From a virus (lineage: Duplodnaviria; Caudoviricetes), in the IMG/VR virus record IMGVR_UViG_3300046779_001025, positions 1 through 30,722 of that record: a DNA stretch of 30,722 bases; one strand, given 5' to 3'. A program made the position numbers and the translations under genes. Position 1 is the first letter of the stretch. Every line of letters starts with the position of its first letter. Below are positions 1 through 8,247 of this stretch, in pieces. Under the pieces are notes generated by a model that worked only from the letters and a program-made list of their open reading frames with translations, was not told the origin of the DNA and ran no database searches.

Positions 1-2867
1 ATATTTTGGTCTTGGATATTACCCAAGTGATTACCATTTACAATAGGTAATGATAACTCGTTTTCAAAGAATACATCAGGTAATGCGTCAGATGGAAGAG
101 TCTCAAATATGATTGTCTTATCTGAACGGAACACAGTTATATTAACCTCAACACTTGATGCACGAGCATTAGGATACCCCACACCTGTACAAGGCAATGT
201 TCCTGTTACCATCAATTGTAATTGATTGGTTGATGTATTTCTATAAAACTTATAGTAGTTGATACATAAGTCTGTTGGTATATCTCCTGCAGTATTAGTG
301 ATGCCCGGAACAAACTCGTTGTCAGGAACACATTGTCCTGCTCCTGCGTATCTTGTCCCGTCATTTAAAAACTGCTCAACATCGTCCCCTACCCACCAAT
401 CATACATATTATCATATGCATTTGATGAAATAAGAGTCTTCTCTAAAGTATTTCTTCTTTCTTCACAAGAATCTCCAACTCCCCATCTTGCCTGCTTAAT
501 AGTCATCACAATACGGCTACCTGCAGGAACGTCATAATCAACCCACGCTGATGTAGCTGTATCATATCTATTCATTGGATAATAAAGAATAGGATACCCT
601 CCTCCTCTTGGTGAAGTCTCTGTTACCTTACCCGGAGCTATGATAGCTAACTCATCCTGAACAATATTAAAGCTGTTTGGATTAATCTTAGCATAAACAC
701 CCGAAGGAATTGGTATCATTACATCAGGGTCTAATGCACTTGGTATCTCCAAGAATCCTGATGCCTGAGAAGACTTCTCAAGAATAGTTGCATACACACA
801 AGATGTAGTTGCACCATTTGAGTCAGCCTTAACGATAAGTCTATCTCCTGCCTCTACTTTACGTGCATTCTCGCCCTCAAGCAAGAAGTACGCATTGTTT
901 GTGATTGGGTCTTGGAAGAAGATGCTAACATAAATCGTTTCATAATTCTCTTCATCGGGCTTAATAACAAACTTATATCTTGTTGCCCAAGATGGAGGCA
1001 ATTGCGTTGGAGGTATTACAACCTGAATAGAGTTCTTGAAAGCAGATAATCCACAAGGAATGTGCTCTGTATTATTAGGACTTACAAGAGCAGTTGTTGC
1101 TCTGTTAAAGTCATCCATATATACAATGCCAATCTCATAGTCACGATTGCTATGTAAACTTTGAGGGTTTGCAATTTCTTGGAAAGTAGCTTCAGCAAAT
1201 GATACCGCATAGTACTCGTAAAAAGTCTGAGTAGGACTGCTTAAGCTATTTACATATCTCATTACAGGGAACTGCAATCCAATTACGCTACTGCTCGGAC
1301 TTGTTATAATACTTACCGGCTGCCCAACCGCACTAATACCACTGCCATTCTTAATGAATGCATCTAAGTTATTTGGTATAGCACAATTGAATGCATCTGT
1401 AAAGGTTGTTCCGTTACAAGCATTGGCTACTGTTTGAATATTTGCAGCAGTACCTACTGCGTTTTGAAACTCTACGCTTGTTGCTAACTGATACACAGAT
1501 GTATAATTAGTAGCTAAAAAGAACGCAAAGTTTAATCTAACGTCATCTGTTGTTTCGGTAGGGAATGGAGTCTGACCGGTAAACTGAGAATGTGATATTG
1601 TGACATCTAAGTTTATTGCAGAACCTGCTACCAAGTTCTGCCCTGCTAAGTCAAATGTAACTACAGCATTCGCAATATTTACACTTCCATTAATTGAATA
1701 GTTTCCTGATTGAAGACCATCATCAATACTCGTATTTCCAATAGGAGTAGATACCAAGTTTGTTGTGTATTCAAATTTAACAGGAGCACCATATTGGTCT
1801 ACTAAGTCATAGCCTTCAACATAGTTGCCATACATCAATCTATTACCCATAATAGTTTGAGCCTTAGCAAAACGAGGTACGTTATCGTACAATCTCAATA
1901 ACTCAGCCTCAGATAGTATGGTAAATATTTTGCTGTTTGTAAACGTATATTGATAGTCTGTATTATTTGCAAGACCTAAGTTAGCCTTGTCAAGTTTTTC
2001 AATAACCTTAATTACATTACCATCTGCTTTCTTAAATAGCAAGTCTATACCAACTACAAGAGGTCCTCCTGAGTTGTATGTAACAATTGCTGAGTTACAA
2101 AAATTGGTCATTCCTTCGTTCAAGAAACTCTCAATACTAAAGCTAAATGGATTAGGTACAAATGCAGGTTGAGACCACTGAGACGTGGCACTATATTCTC
2201 CATCAATGTATCTGTATCTATAAGCAAAGCAAATAAATCTTGTATTCAAAAAGTTCTCTTGACCATTGGTTACAATTGGCTGCACACCCGGTGATTGTAC
2301 CGGTGGTTTCTTGATAACAAGTAATGACTCTGCTGTAATTTGGTCTACGTTACTAATTGGATTAGGATAGTTCCTTTTGATGTTCATACATCTTGGAGCA
2401 TTGTAATCATCAGTAAAGAAGAACAAATCGTTTAATATGTCAATACCCGTAACTAAGTAGTTCGGGTTAAAATTCAATGTGGTATTAACACCACCTCCAT
2501 CGTCAATAGAGACAATATGATAGGTTAAAATATTTGACGAAACATTAAAAGAAACAATAAGGTCAAGTTTACCTGTAGCACCTACAGGGAAATCAGGGTC
2601 GTGCACAAGCCAAAAGATAGTCTCAGTTGCACTATCTTGAAGTGCACCAATACATCTTGCCGCTGCACTAAGTGGAGTACCATCAATATAAGCTAATGAA
2701 GTGAGGGGTAGATTCCCCTTTGTATTTTCAATTACTCCTACTTCTGAGTTCTCAGTAGAACCCATTCTAATATTCATAGCATCTACATACTCACCCTCAG
2801 GAAGTAATCGTTGGTCAACGACCTTATTCATCCTGCCTGCTATAAAGTTTCTTGTAAAATTTGCCAT
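1..2867 (-). CDS. crAss-like tail stabilisation/muzzle protein (P22 gp10-like), runs off the window's left edge
   Basis: Absent from the ORF track. ATG at 2867 reads MANFTRNFIAGRMNKVVDQRLLPEGEYVDAMNIRMGSTENSEVGVIENTKGN, an N-terminus typical of this family, and it follows the ring proteins. Only the start was translated in full by hand. Confidence 0.8.
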   Translation of the reverse strand, partial: MANFTRNFIAGRMNKVVDQRLLPEGEYVDAMNIRMGSTENSEVGVIENTKGNLPLTSLAYIDGTPLSAAARCIGALQDSATETIFWLVHDPDFPVGATGKLDLIVSFNVSSNILTYHIVSIDDGGGVNTTLNFNPNYLVTGIDILNDLFFFTDDYNAPRCMNIKRNYPNPISNVDQITAESLLVIKKPPVQSPGVQPIVTNGQENFLNTRFICFAYRYRYIDGEYSATSQWSQPAFVPNPFSFSIESFLNEGMTNFCNSAIVTYNSGGPLVVGIDLLFKKADGNVIKVIEKLDKANLGLANNTDYQYTFTNSKIFTILSEAELLRLYDNVPRFAKAQTIMGNRLMYGNYVEGYDLVDQYGAPVKFEYTTNLVSTPIGNTSIDDGLQSGNYSINGSVNIANAVVTFDLAGQNLVAGSAINLDVTISHSQFTGQTPFPTETTDDVRLNFAFFLATNYTSVYQLATSVEFQNAVGTAANIQTVANACNGTTFTDAFNCAIPNNLDAFIKNGSGISAVGQPVSIITSPSSSVIGLQFPVMRYVNSLSSPTQTFYEYYAVSFAEATFQEIANPQSLHSNRDYEIGIVYMDDFNRATTALVSPNNTEHIPCGLSAFKNSIQVVIPPTQLPPSWATRYKFVIKPDEENYETIYVSIFFQDPITNNAYFLLEGENARKVEAGDRLIVKADSNGATTSCVYATILEKSSQASGFLEIPSALDPDVMIPIPSGVYAKINPNSFNIVQDELAIIAPGKVTETSPRGGGYPILYYPMNRYDTATSAWVDYDVPAGSRIVMTIKQARWGVGDSCEERRNTLEKTLISSNAYDNMYDWWVGDDVEQFLNDGTRYAGAGQCVPDNEFVPGITNTAGDIPTDLCINYYKFYRNTSTNQLQLMVTGTLPCTGVGYPNARASSVEVNITVFRSDKTIIFETLPSDALPDVFFENELSLPIVNGNHLGNIQDQN

Positions 2868-2868
2868 T

Positions 2869-3792
2869 TTATTTTATTTGCTTGTCCATACCTCTTAAGT
2901 TCATTAAGAGTCTGCCGGGATGAATATTGCTAATTCTAATCTTTGCGTTTCTCAACAATGCACTCTTCTCTTTACGAGCACGAGCAATGATGTATTCTTG
3001 CACGCCTAATTTAGAACTTAAAATGTCATATTGAATAGAAGCATAGATATATTTCTCAAACAACTTGTTTACAGTAATCAAAGAGTTATCTCCCTGCTCC
3101 ATACCATCAGAAACGTACTCAAGAATACAAGACAATCCTGACATAGACGAATCAAAGTTAATGACTCCTGCTTTTCTATCCACATTAAATGTAGGATTAA
3201 AATTAGCTGTCTCTGTATTCAATCCATAAGCAGTTCCAATGTTTGCCTCAAAGTACCACATACCATCGTAGTTCCAACCCAACTGACCATTGAACTGATT
3301 GCCTTGGTTTAAGTAGATACTCTTCTTGGTCTTAGTCAATCTATCAAAATCAATATTTGAATACTGAGGACTTAACGCATTACCATATTGGTCAAATAAA
3401 ATACGACCTGTATTGTCTTGCAAGTATGCCTTAGATGAAAGTGTTTGGATGTTCTCAGTCAATGGTCTTAACCAACCATCTTTGTACAAAGAGATACGAA
3501 CCCAATTGACATAGTCAGAAGGAAGTATGAATCTTAACATATCAGGAACAGTTAACTCTAATACTTTAATTTCCTTAAATGCATCGTAGTTCAATTCCTG
3601 AATAGCACGCTTAGCGTGAAACAATACTTTATAACGCTCCTCATTGTTAACCAATGAGTGGTTTCCTGAGTACATCAATAAGAAGTTGTTTACGATGTCT
3701 TGTAAACTAACATATTGATACGAGCCCCAATTAGCGTCCTCGGGTGTTACACCTCCGTTTTCATAGTATTGATATTGTGATATATATGCCAT
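2869..3792 (-). CDS. tail ring/tubular structural protein
   Basis: 307-aa ORF (LFHAKRAIQELNYD, ILPSDYVNWVRIS, ILEYVSDG) lying between the capsid module and the muzzle gene, as in crAss-like phages. Confidence 0.65.
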   Translation of the reverse strand: MAYISQYQYYENGGVTPEDANWGSYQYVSLQDIVNNFLLMYSGNHSLVNNEERYKVLFHAKRAIQELNYDAFKEIKVLELTVPDMLRFILPSDYVNWVRISLYKDGWLRPLTENIQTLSSKAYLQDNTGRILFDQYGNALSPQYSNIDFDRLTKTKKSIYLNQGNQFNGQLGWNYDGMWYFEANIGTAYGLNTETANFNPTFNVDRKAGVINFDSSMSGLSCILEYVSDGMEQGDNSLITVNKLFEKYIYASIQYDILSSKLGVQEYIIARARKEKSALLRNAKIRISNIHPGRLLMNLRGMDKQIK

Positions 3793-3805
3793 ATCTTAAA
3801 AGTTT

Positions 3806-4744
3806 TTATGGATTTTGTTCTTGTTGCTCTTTAGCCATACTAAATTGTACAACCTCAGACTCACGAATAGATATACCACAATACTGAAGAATCCTTGTAA
3901 CCAATTTATATTCGTCCTCTATAGGTAATTCAAAGTCTTGATAATCAGATTGTGATTGGTCAAATATAGGCTCTCCATTTGAAAGCGTAATATAGGTCCA
4001 TTTAGGCACTTTAGGGTATCTAAAGTAAGTTGCTTGAACTTGACCTTTATTCCTTATTGATGTAGGGTAGAACGTTAATTCTTCACCTTGTAGCGTGTAA
4101 GCAGGGTACTGCAAGCTAGGAGGCGTAAGATTTGAATTATTAAGCAATGCTATCTTAGAGTTAATTACCTTCTCAGCTTGAACTATTGTAGAAGAAGAGA
4201 AGATGCCATATGCATTCCCTGCCGTTAAAAATATATTTGAATCCAATTGAATTGCTGTATTGCTAAGAACTGATACCACAGTAGATACTAATCCTGTTGT
4301 AAGGTTGGCTACTACATCCCCTGCTACAATATCGTATGTAGTAAATGTTGCCGTACTATCAACTAATTGACCGGCTGTAACAGCAGTATTTGTACCTGTC
4401 TTAAGAATAACAGGCTTACATTGAACATCCAACAACATATATGAATAGTATCCTGTTGTAGTAGGAGTAGGTAATGAAAACTTATTGGCTGAAATTTTTG
4501 AAAGATAATCAGTTCGTAGAAAAAATTCTAAAACTTCAGCAATAGGTTGCTCCATATCGGCATAGTCAGTACCTGCTGCTCTTGCATTCTCAGCGTTTAT
4601 AACCTTGTTATAGCTGCTGAAATACTCCTCAAAAATTTCAACTTGTGCATTCTGTGCATAGAGGTTAAAATCAGAAGGAGAGATGTATCCATAGTTGTTC
4701 TTATTAAGAACGGATAGCACCGTATTTCTTACTGAGTTTATCAT
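3806..4744 (-). CDS. tail ring/head-tail connector protein with an inserted beta-rich domain
   Basis: Likely start MINSVRNTVLSVLNKNNYGYISPSDFN at ATG 4744, downstream of a promoter and terminator. Carries YFRYPKVPKWTY and DFELP motifs seen in crAss-like ring proteins. Confidence 0.65.
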   Translation of the reverse strand: MINSVRNTVLSVLNKNNYGYISPSDFNLYAQNAQVEIFEEYFSSYNKVINAENARAAGTDYADMEQPIAEVLEFFLRTDYLSKISANKFSLPTPTTTGYYSYMLLDVQCKPVILKTGTNTAVTAGQLVDSTATFTTYDIVAGDVVANLTTGLVSTVVSVLSNTAIQLDSNIFLTAGNAYGIFSSSTIVQAEKVINSKIALLNNSNLTPPSLQYPAYTLQGEELTFYPTSIRNKGQVQATYFRYPKVPKWTYITLSNGEPIFDQSQSDYQDFELPIEDEYKLVTRILQYCGISIRESEVVQFSMAKEQQEQNP

Positions 4745-4758
4745 TAGTTCTTTTTTTA

Positions 4759-4788
4759 CAAATATACATAAAAAAAAAGAGGGCACAA
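4759..4788 (-). promoter_or_regulatory. Bacteroidota sigma-ABfr-type promoter (-33 TTG, 19-nt spacer, -7 TATATTTG)
   Basis: On the minus strand, TTG at 4788-4786 and TATATTTG at 4766-4759, upstream of ATG 4744. Confidence 0.65.
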
Positions 4789-4803
4789 CAAGTGCCCATC
4801 TTT
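4770..4803 (-). terminator. Rho-independent terminator
   Basis: Minus-strand hairpin GGGCAC-TTGTT-GTGCCC followed by TC and a run of 9 T, downstream of ORF 4832..5575. Confidence 0.8.
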
Positions 4804-4831
4804 CCAATCATCAATCAATAATCAACATCTA

Positions 4832-5575
4832 TTATCCCAAAGTTGCCTCTAACATCTTCAAGGAATCAATGCCTTCATCGCTCTGTAAGAAGTGAGCTAC
4901 CATGTCATATGGGTCTTCTCCGAACGGAACGGATAACATTTTCTTTTTGTTGGTAGCGGTATTAAACCACACCTCTTTGTCTCCGTTTCTTAATATCAAT
5001 AACTTATTCTCGAAAAATAAACGAACCTTGGCTTGAAACTTTAATTCAGGGTCATTTAAAATACTCAAGAACTCCTTAGGTTCTCTTTTAGCAAATACCA
5101 AAATGTCACGCTTTAACTCAGCAGTTGACACGGTAGATGGGTCTTTGCCAAACATTACTCTCGTAAGAGTTTCAATTTGGTCAAGACTTAATTGTTTAGC
5201 TTCTACTAAAGCCTCAATCTCTAAGTCTAAATCTTCAACCTCAGCAGCAGCATCTTTCTCTTTATCTACCTCAGCAAAGATTAATCCGTTCAACGGATGG
5301 TAGTGTAAGAATTGCTGTAATACAGGGTTTTGTTTTGGAACACGTAAAAAGCCATCTTCAAAGATGATTGGCTCTATGATTGCATTTCCGTCTTGCTCGT
5401 CCTCAAATGGGGACTTTTGATTCGTTGCATATCTCAATGCACGATTAACATTGTTCTTCTCGTCAAACCACATTAGTGGGAATCGAGGATGGTTTCTTGA
5501 AGCTAAAGTGTAGCTTAAAGGGTTACCTATTTTTAACTTGTATACCTTATCTACAGGTGTTGTACTTTTTGCCAT
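4832..5575 (-). CDS. conserved phage protein downstream of the major capsid gene, probably virion-associated
   Basis: 247-aa ORF (RALRYATNQKSPFEDEQ, IIFEDGFLRVP); the call rests on its position. Confidence 0.55.
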   Translation of the reverse strand: MAKSTTPVDKVYKLKIGNPLSYTLASRNHPRFPLMWFDEKNNVNRALRYATNQKSPFEDEQDGNAIIEPIIFEDGFLRVPKQNPVLQQFLHYHPLNGLIFAEVDKEKDAAAEVEDLDLEIEALVEAKQLSLDQIETLTRVMFGKDPSTVSTAELKRDILVFAKREPKEFLSILNDPELKFQAKVRLFFENKLLILRNGDKEVWFNTATNKKKMLSVPFGEDPYDMVAHFLQSDEGIDSLKMLEATLG

Positions 5576-5600
5576 TTTGTATTTGATTTAATTAGATTTT

Positions 5601-5635
5601 AAAAAAAAGGAGAGTGTCTTTGAAGACACCCTCCC
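5601..5635 (-). terminator. Rho-independent terminator after the major capsid gene
   Basis: Minus-strand hairpin GGAGGGTGTCTT-CA-AAGACACTCTCC followed by a run of 8 T. Confidence 0.8.
5614..5629. repeat. 16-bp inverted-repeat motif GTGTCTTTGAAGACAC, copy 1
   Basis: Arms GTGTCTT and AAGACAC with a TG spacer. Identical copies lie at 12705 and 26408. Confidence 0.9.
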
Positions 5636-5653
5636 ATAGATTTTCTTCCTTTA

Positions 5654-7072
5654 TTAACCGTAACGGAATAATACGAAGTTGTTTGCACCTAAAGTACATA
5701 CACAACGCTCAGAAAGGAAGTTAACCTCCATTGCATCCAAGTCGCTTGTAGCAGCACCACCGGCAGAACCTGTAATCCAAGTTTTGTATCTGCGGTCTTC
5801 AGCTTCAGAAGCACGGTAACGAACGTGTAAGAAAGGACGCTTAGCGTTCTTGCCCATAATTTGGTCGTACACTGAAGTAGAACCTGCAGGAACCATCAAA
5901 CCTGTGATAGTACCGGTTGCAGTTGCAGCAGTAGTATTTAAACCACCACGCATTGTTGGGTCGTTTAAGTATTTCCAATCAGACTTGTAGAAGTCGTAAC
6001 CTCTGCGGAAGCCTGTGAAACCTAAGTTCAACGCCATGTCAACATCGTTGTCGAACAAACCGAATGATGCTGACTGAGCAACACCACCTGAAGTGTATCC
6101 GTTCAATGTAGCTAACATATTGTCGATGTCGAAGCTCAATCCACGATTAACGAAGATTACGTTTTCTTCGATAGCACCTTGCTTATCTAAACGAGAAACG
6201 ATAGAATCCCAATCAGATAAAGTTGTTGGAGTACCACCGCCCCAAACGTTACCACGGTTGTTTACTACGTAGAAGATACCTTCAGAACCCATGTATCCTG
6301 CAGTTGCAGCACCTGAAGAAGATGCAGCAGGAACTGCTTCAATCATTGCAGTCTCTAAGTAATCTTCGAAACGTAAACGAGTCTCGTGCTCAGATTTTAA
6401 ATACCAAAGGTATCCTGTAGCACCATTTTCAGTAGTTACTTCTACCCAACCGATTTGAGCCATGTCAGAACCGTTCACCGCATACTTATCTTTGATGATA
6501 ATTGGGTTGTTGCTGTAGATGTCATCTTCTGATTCTAATGAACCAACCATTCCGTTAGTTCCTTTCTTGAACTCAGAACCGTAAATGAATACAGTACATT
6601 GAGTAGAAACTGCGAATGCTTGACCTGCAGTCTCATAGTAAGCTACTGTGAAAGTAGTTGCTGATGGAACCGCTGTTACGATAGCCTTGTTGTAAACACC
6701 TGAAGTGTTGTTTTGAATCATCAAAGTTTGTCCAACACGGATAGCGATGTAAGTCACGCCTGAATCAGCTACAGTGAAAGTTGCGGTTGCCGCACCTGCT
6801 GCTGCTGCTGAAGTACAGTTTGTGTACTTAATGTGTAAACGTCCTTGTTCTGCCCATTTGATTTGGTCAGAGTTAGACGGCATCTCTGCTCCTACCATAC
6901 GTAAGAAAGATGCAATTGTTCTATTACCATAACGCTCAAATTCCTTCTCGTATGTATCAGGTAAGTACTGATTCAAGAAGTTGAAGTTGGTAATGTAGTT
7001 TGTCTGTAACGCCACCTGTTCAGCACTTGGCTGCAATTGGTAGGTGGGGTTATTCAATAAAGCACTTGCCAT
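5654..7072 (-). CDS. major capsid protein (crAss-like)
   Basis: 472 aa with FLNQYLPDTYEKEFERYGNR, IKWAEQGRLH, LNLGFTGFRRGYDFYKSDWKYLND and FLSERC. Follows portal and scaffold, and is followed by a terminator. Confidence 0.9.
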   Translation of the reverse strand: MASALLNNPTYQLQPSAEQVALQTNYITNFNFLNQYLPDTYEKEFERYGNRTIASFLRMVGAEMPSNSDQIKWAEQGRLHIKYTNCTSAAAAGAATATFTVADSGVTYIAIRVGQTLMIQNNTSGVYNKAIVTAVPSATTFTVAYYETAGQAFAVSTQCTVFIYGSEFKKGTNGMVGSLESEDDIYSNNPIIIKDKYAVNGSDMAQIGWVEVTTENGATGYLWYLKSEHETRLRFEDYLETAMIEAVPAASSSGAATAGYMGSEGIFYVVNNRGNVWGGGTPTTLSDWDSIVSRLDKQGAIEENVIFVNRGLSFDIDNMLATLNGYTSGGVAQSASFGLFDNDVDMALNLGFTGFRRGYDFYKSDWKYLNDPTMRGGLNTTAATATGTITGLMVPAGSTSVYDQIMGKNAKRPFLHVRYRASEAEDRRYKTWITGSAGGAATSDLDAMEVNFLSERCVCTLGANNFVLFRYG

Positions 7073-7093
7073 TTTTGTAAAATTTTAATTGTT

Positions 7094-8200
7094 TTAAACT
7101 CTTTTTATACTGCGGATTTTCAGGTTTCTTCCTGAATCAGGGTTTACCGCTTTCACCTGCAATCCATCTGTAGACTTGCTAATTTCAGGTACTCGGTTAG
7201 TGCTCATATTGATGTTCTTGATTTTACGAGTAACATCATCTGTTGCGTCAGCCAATCCCTGTTCATAAAAGAACTTAGCAAACTTGTCAGGATGCATTGC
7301 TATAGCCAAAGACCTATGATAACCTGCTGCGTCTTTCATCAAACCTTGCTCATCTAAGAACTTATTAATAAAGTTCTGTGGTGTTGCTTGGTTCTTTTTC
7401 AACTCATTGGCGTCTCCCGGAGCAAACGTGAACTTTTTGTCATTAACGTTGAACTCAAAACCTTTGAACTCTCCATTAAAAACATCGTTCGTCTTTTGGT
7501 CAAACCATTGACGCTTACGATTGTTCTCCTCTTCAATAGTCTTTGCCTGTTGGGTATATTGCTTATAGCTTTCGTATATCTCTTTCTCTGACTCGGGGAT
7601 GAATGCCGTACTTGACTCAAGGGGCATTTTGTATTTCTCCTTTTGAGAATTAAAATATTTCTTGGCTTCAGCAAGAACTTTCTTTTTTGCGATTTTTGCT
7701 TTCTTAACTGTTGACTCATCATCCAACTCCTCGTCAAATCTGTAGTCATCCATCAAAGCCTCGATGTCATCGCTGTCGAGCCCCTCCTGCGTAACAGTTA
7801 GGTATTCTTTAAGAAGTTGGTCAGGATTCATTGTATCAAAGTCCTTCTTTAATTTAAGGAAGTCTTCAAACCCACGACCTGTCTCCTTCTTGTATTTCAT
7901 ATAAGCAGCTACATCTTCAGGTAGTGGCTCAGCTTCTTTACGCTCAGCGACTAAGTCATCCAATGAATTAATCTGCTTATTATATCTCTTACCAATATAT
8001 GAAAGAACGTCTTCATCTTTTAACTCCACCTCTTTATTGTCATCGGTGTTGTCATTTGTTGCTGCTGCAGCTTCTGCTGCTTTAGCTGCTTCGTCTTCTT
8101 GATTCAATGATTGCTCATGCTTATCAAGTAAATCTTTTTCGACTTCCTGAACGCTCTTAGGTTCAATAATGTCCAATGCCTTAACTTCTTTAAATTCCAT
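7094..8200 (-). CDS. putative capsid scaffolding protein
   Basis: Acidic, helical 368-aa protein between portal and major capsid genes, with FAKFFYEQG near the C-terminus. Confidence 0.6.
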   Translation of the reverse strand: MEFKEVKALDIIEPKSVQEVEKDLLDKHEQSLNQEDEAAKAAEAAAATNDNTDDNKEVELKDEDVLSYIGKRYNKQINSLDDLVAERKEAEPLPEDVAAYMKYKKETGRGFEDFLKLKKDFDTMNPDQLLKEYLTVTQEGLDSDDIEALMDDYRFDEELDDESTVKKAKIAKKKVLAEAKKYFNSQKEKYKMPLESSTAFIPESEKEIYESYKQYTQQAKTIEEENNRKRQWFDQKTNDVFNGEFKGFEFNVNDKKFTFAPGDANELKKNQATPQNFINKFLDEQGLMKDAAGYHRSLAIAMHPDKFAKFFYEQGLADATDDVTRKIKNINMSTNRVPEISKSTDGLQVKAVNPDSGRNLKIRSIKRV

Positions 8201-8220
8201 TTGATTTGATTTTATTTATA

Positions 8221-8228
8221 CAAACTTA
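8221..8228 (-). promoter_or_regulatory. Bacteroidota -7 promoter element TAAGTTTG
   Basis: Matches TAnnTTTG in the intergenic gap about 20 nt upstream of the scaffold ATG. Confidence 0.6.
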
Positions 8229-8247
8229 TACAAAAATTTTGACATTT

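Noticed and set aside
259-2898. Plus-strand ORFs 259..537, 1987..2172 and 2701..2898
   Set aside because: They are antisense shadows of the muzzle gene, with no recognisable motifs.
4745-4807. N-terminal extension MERWALVV... of the ring protein
   Set aside because: It spans a terminator and a promoter, so ATG 4744 is the better start. Similar over-extended starts were trimmed at 16371, 26711, 27399, 28754 and 28959.
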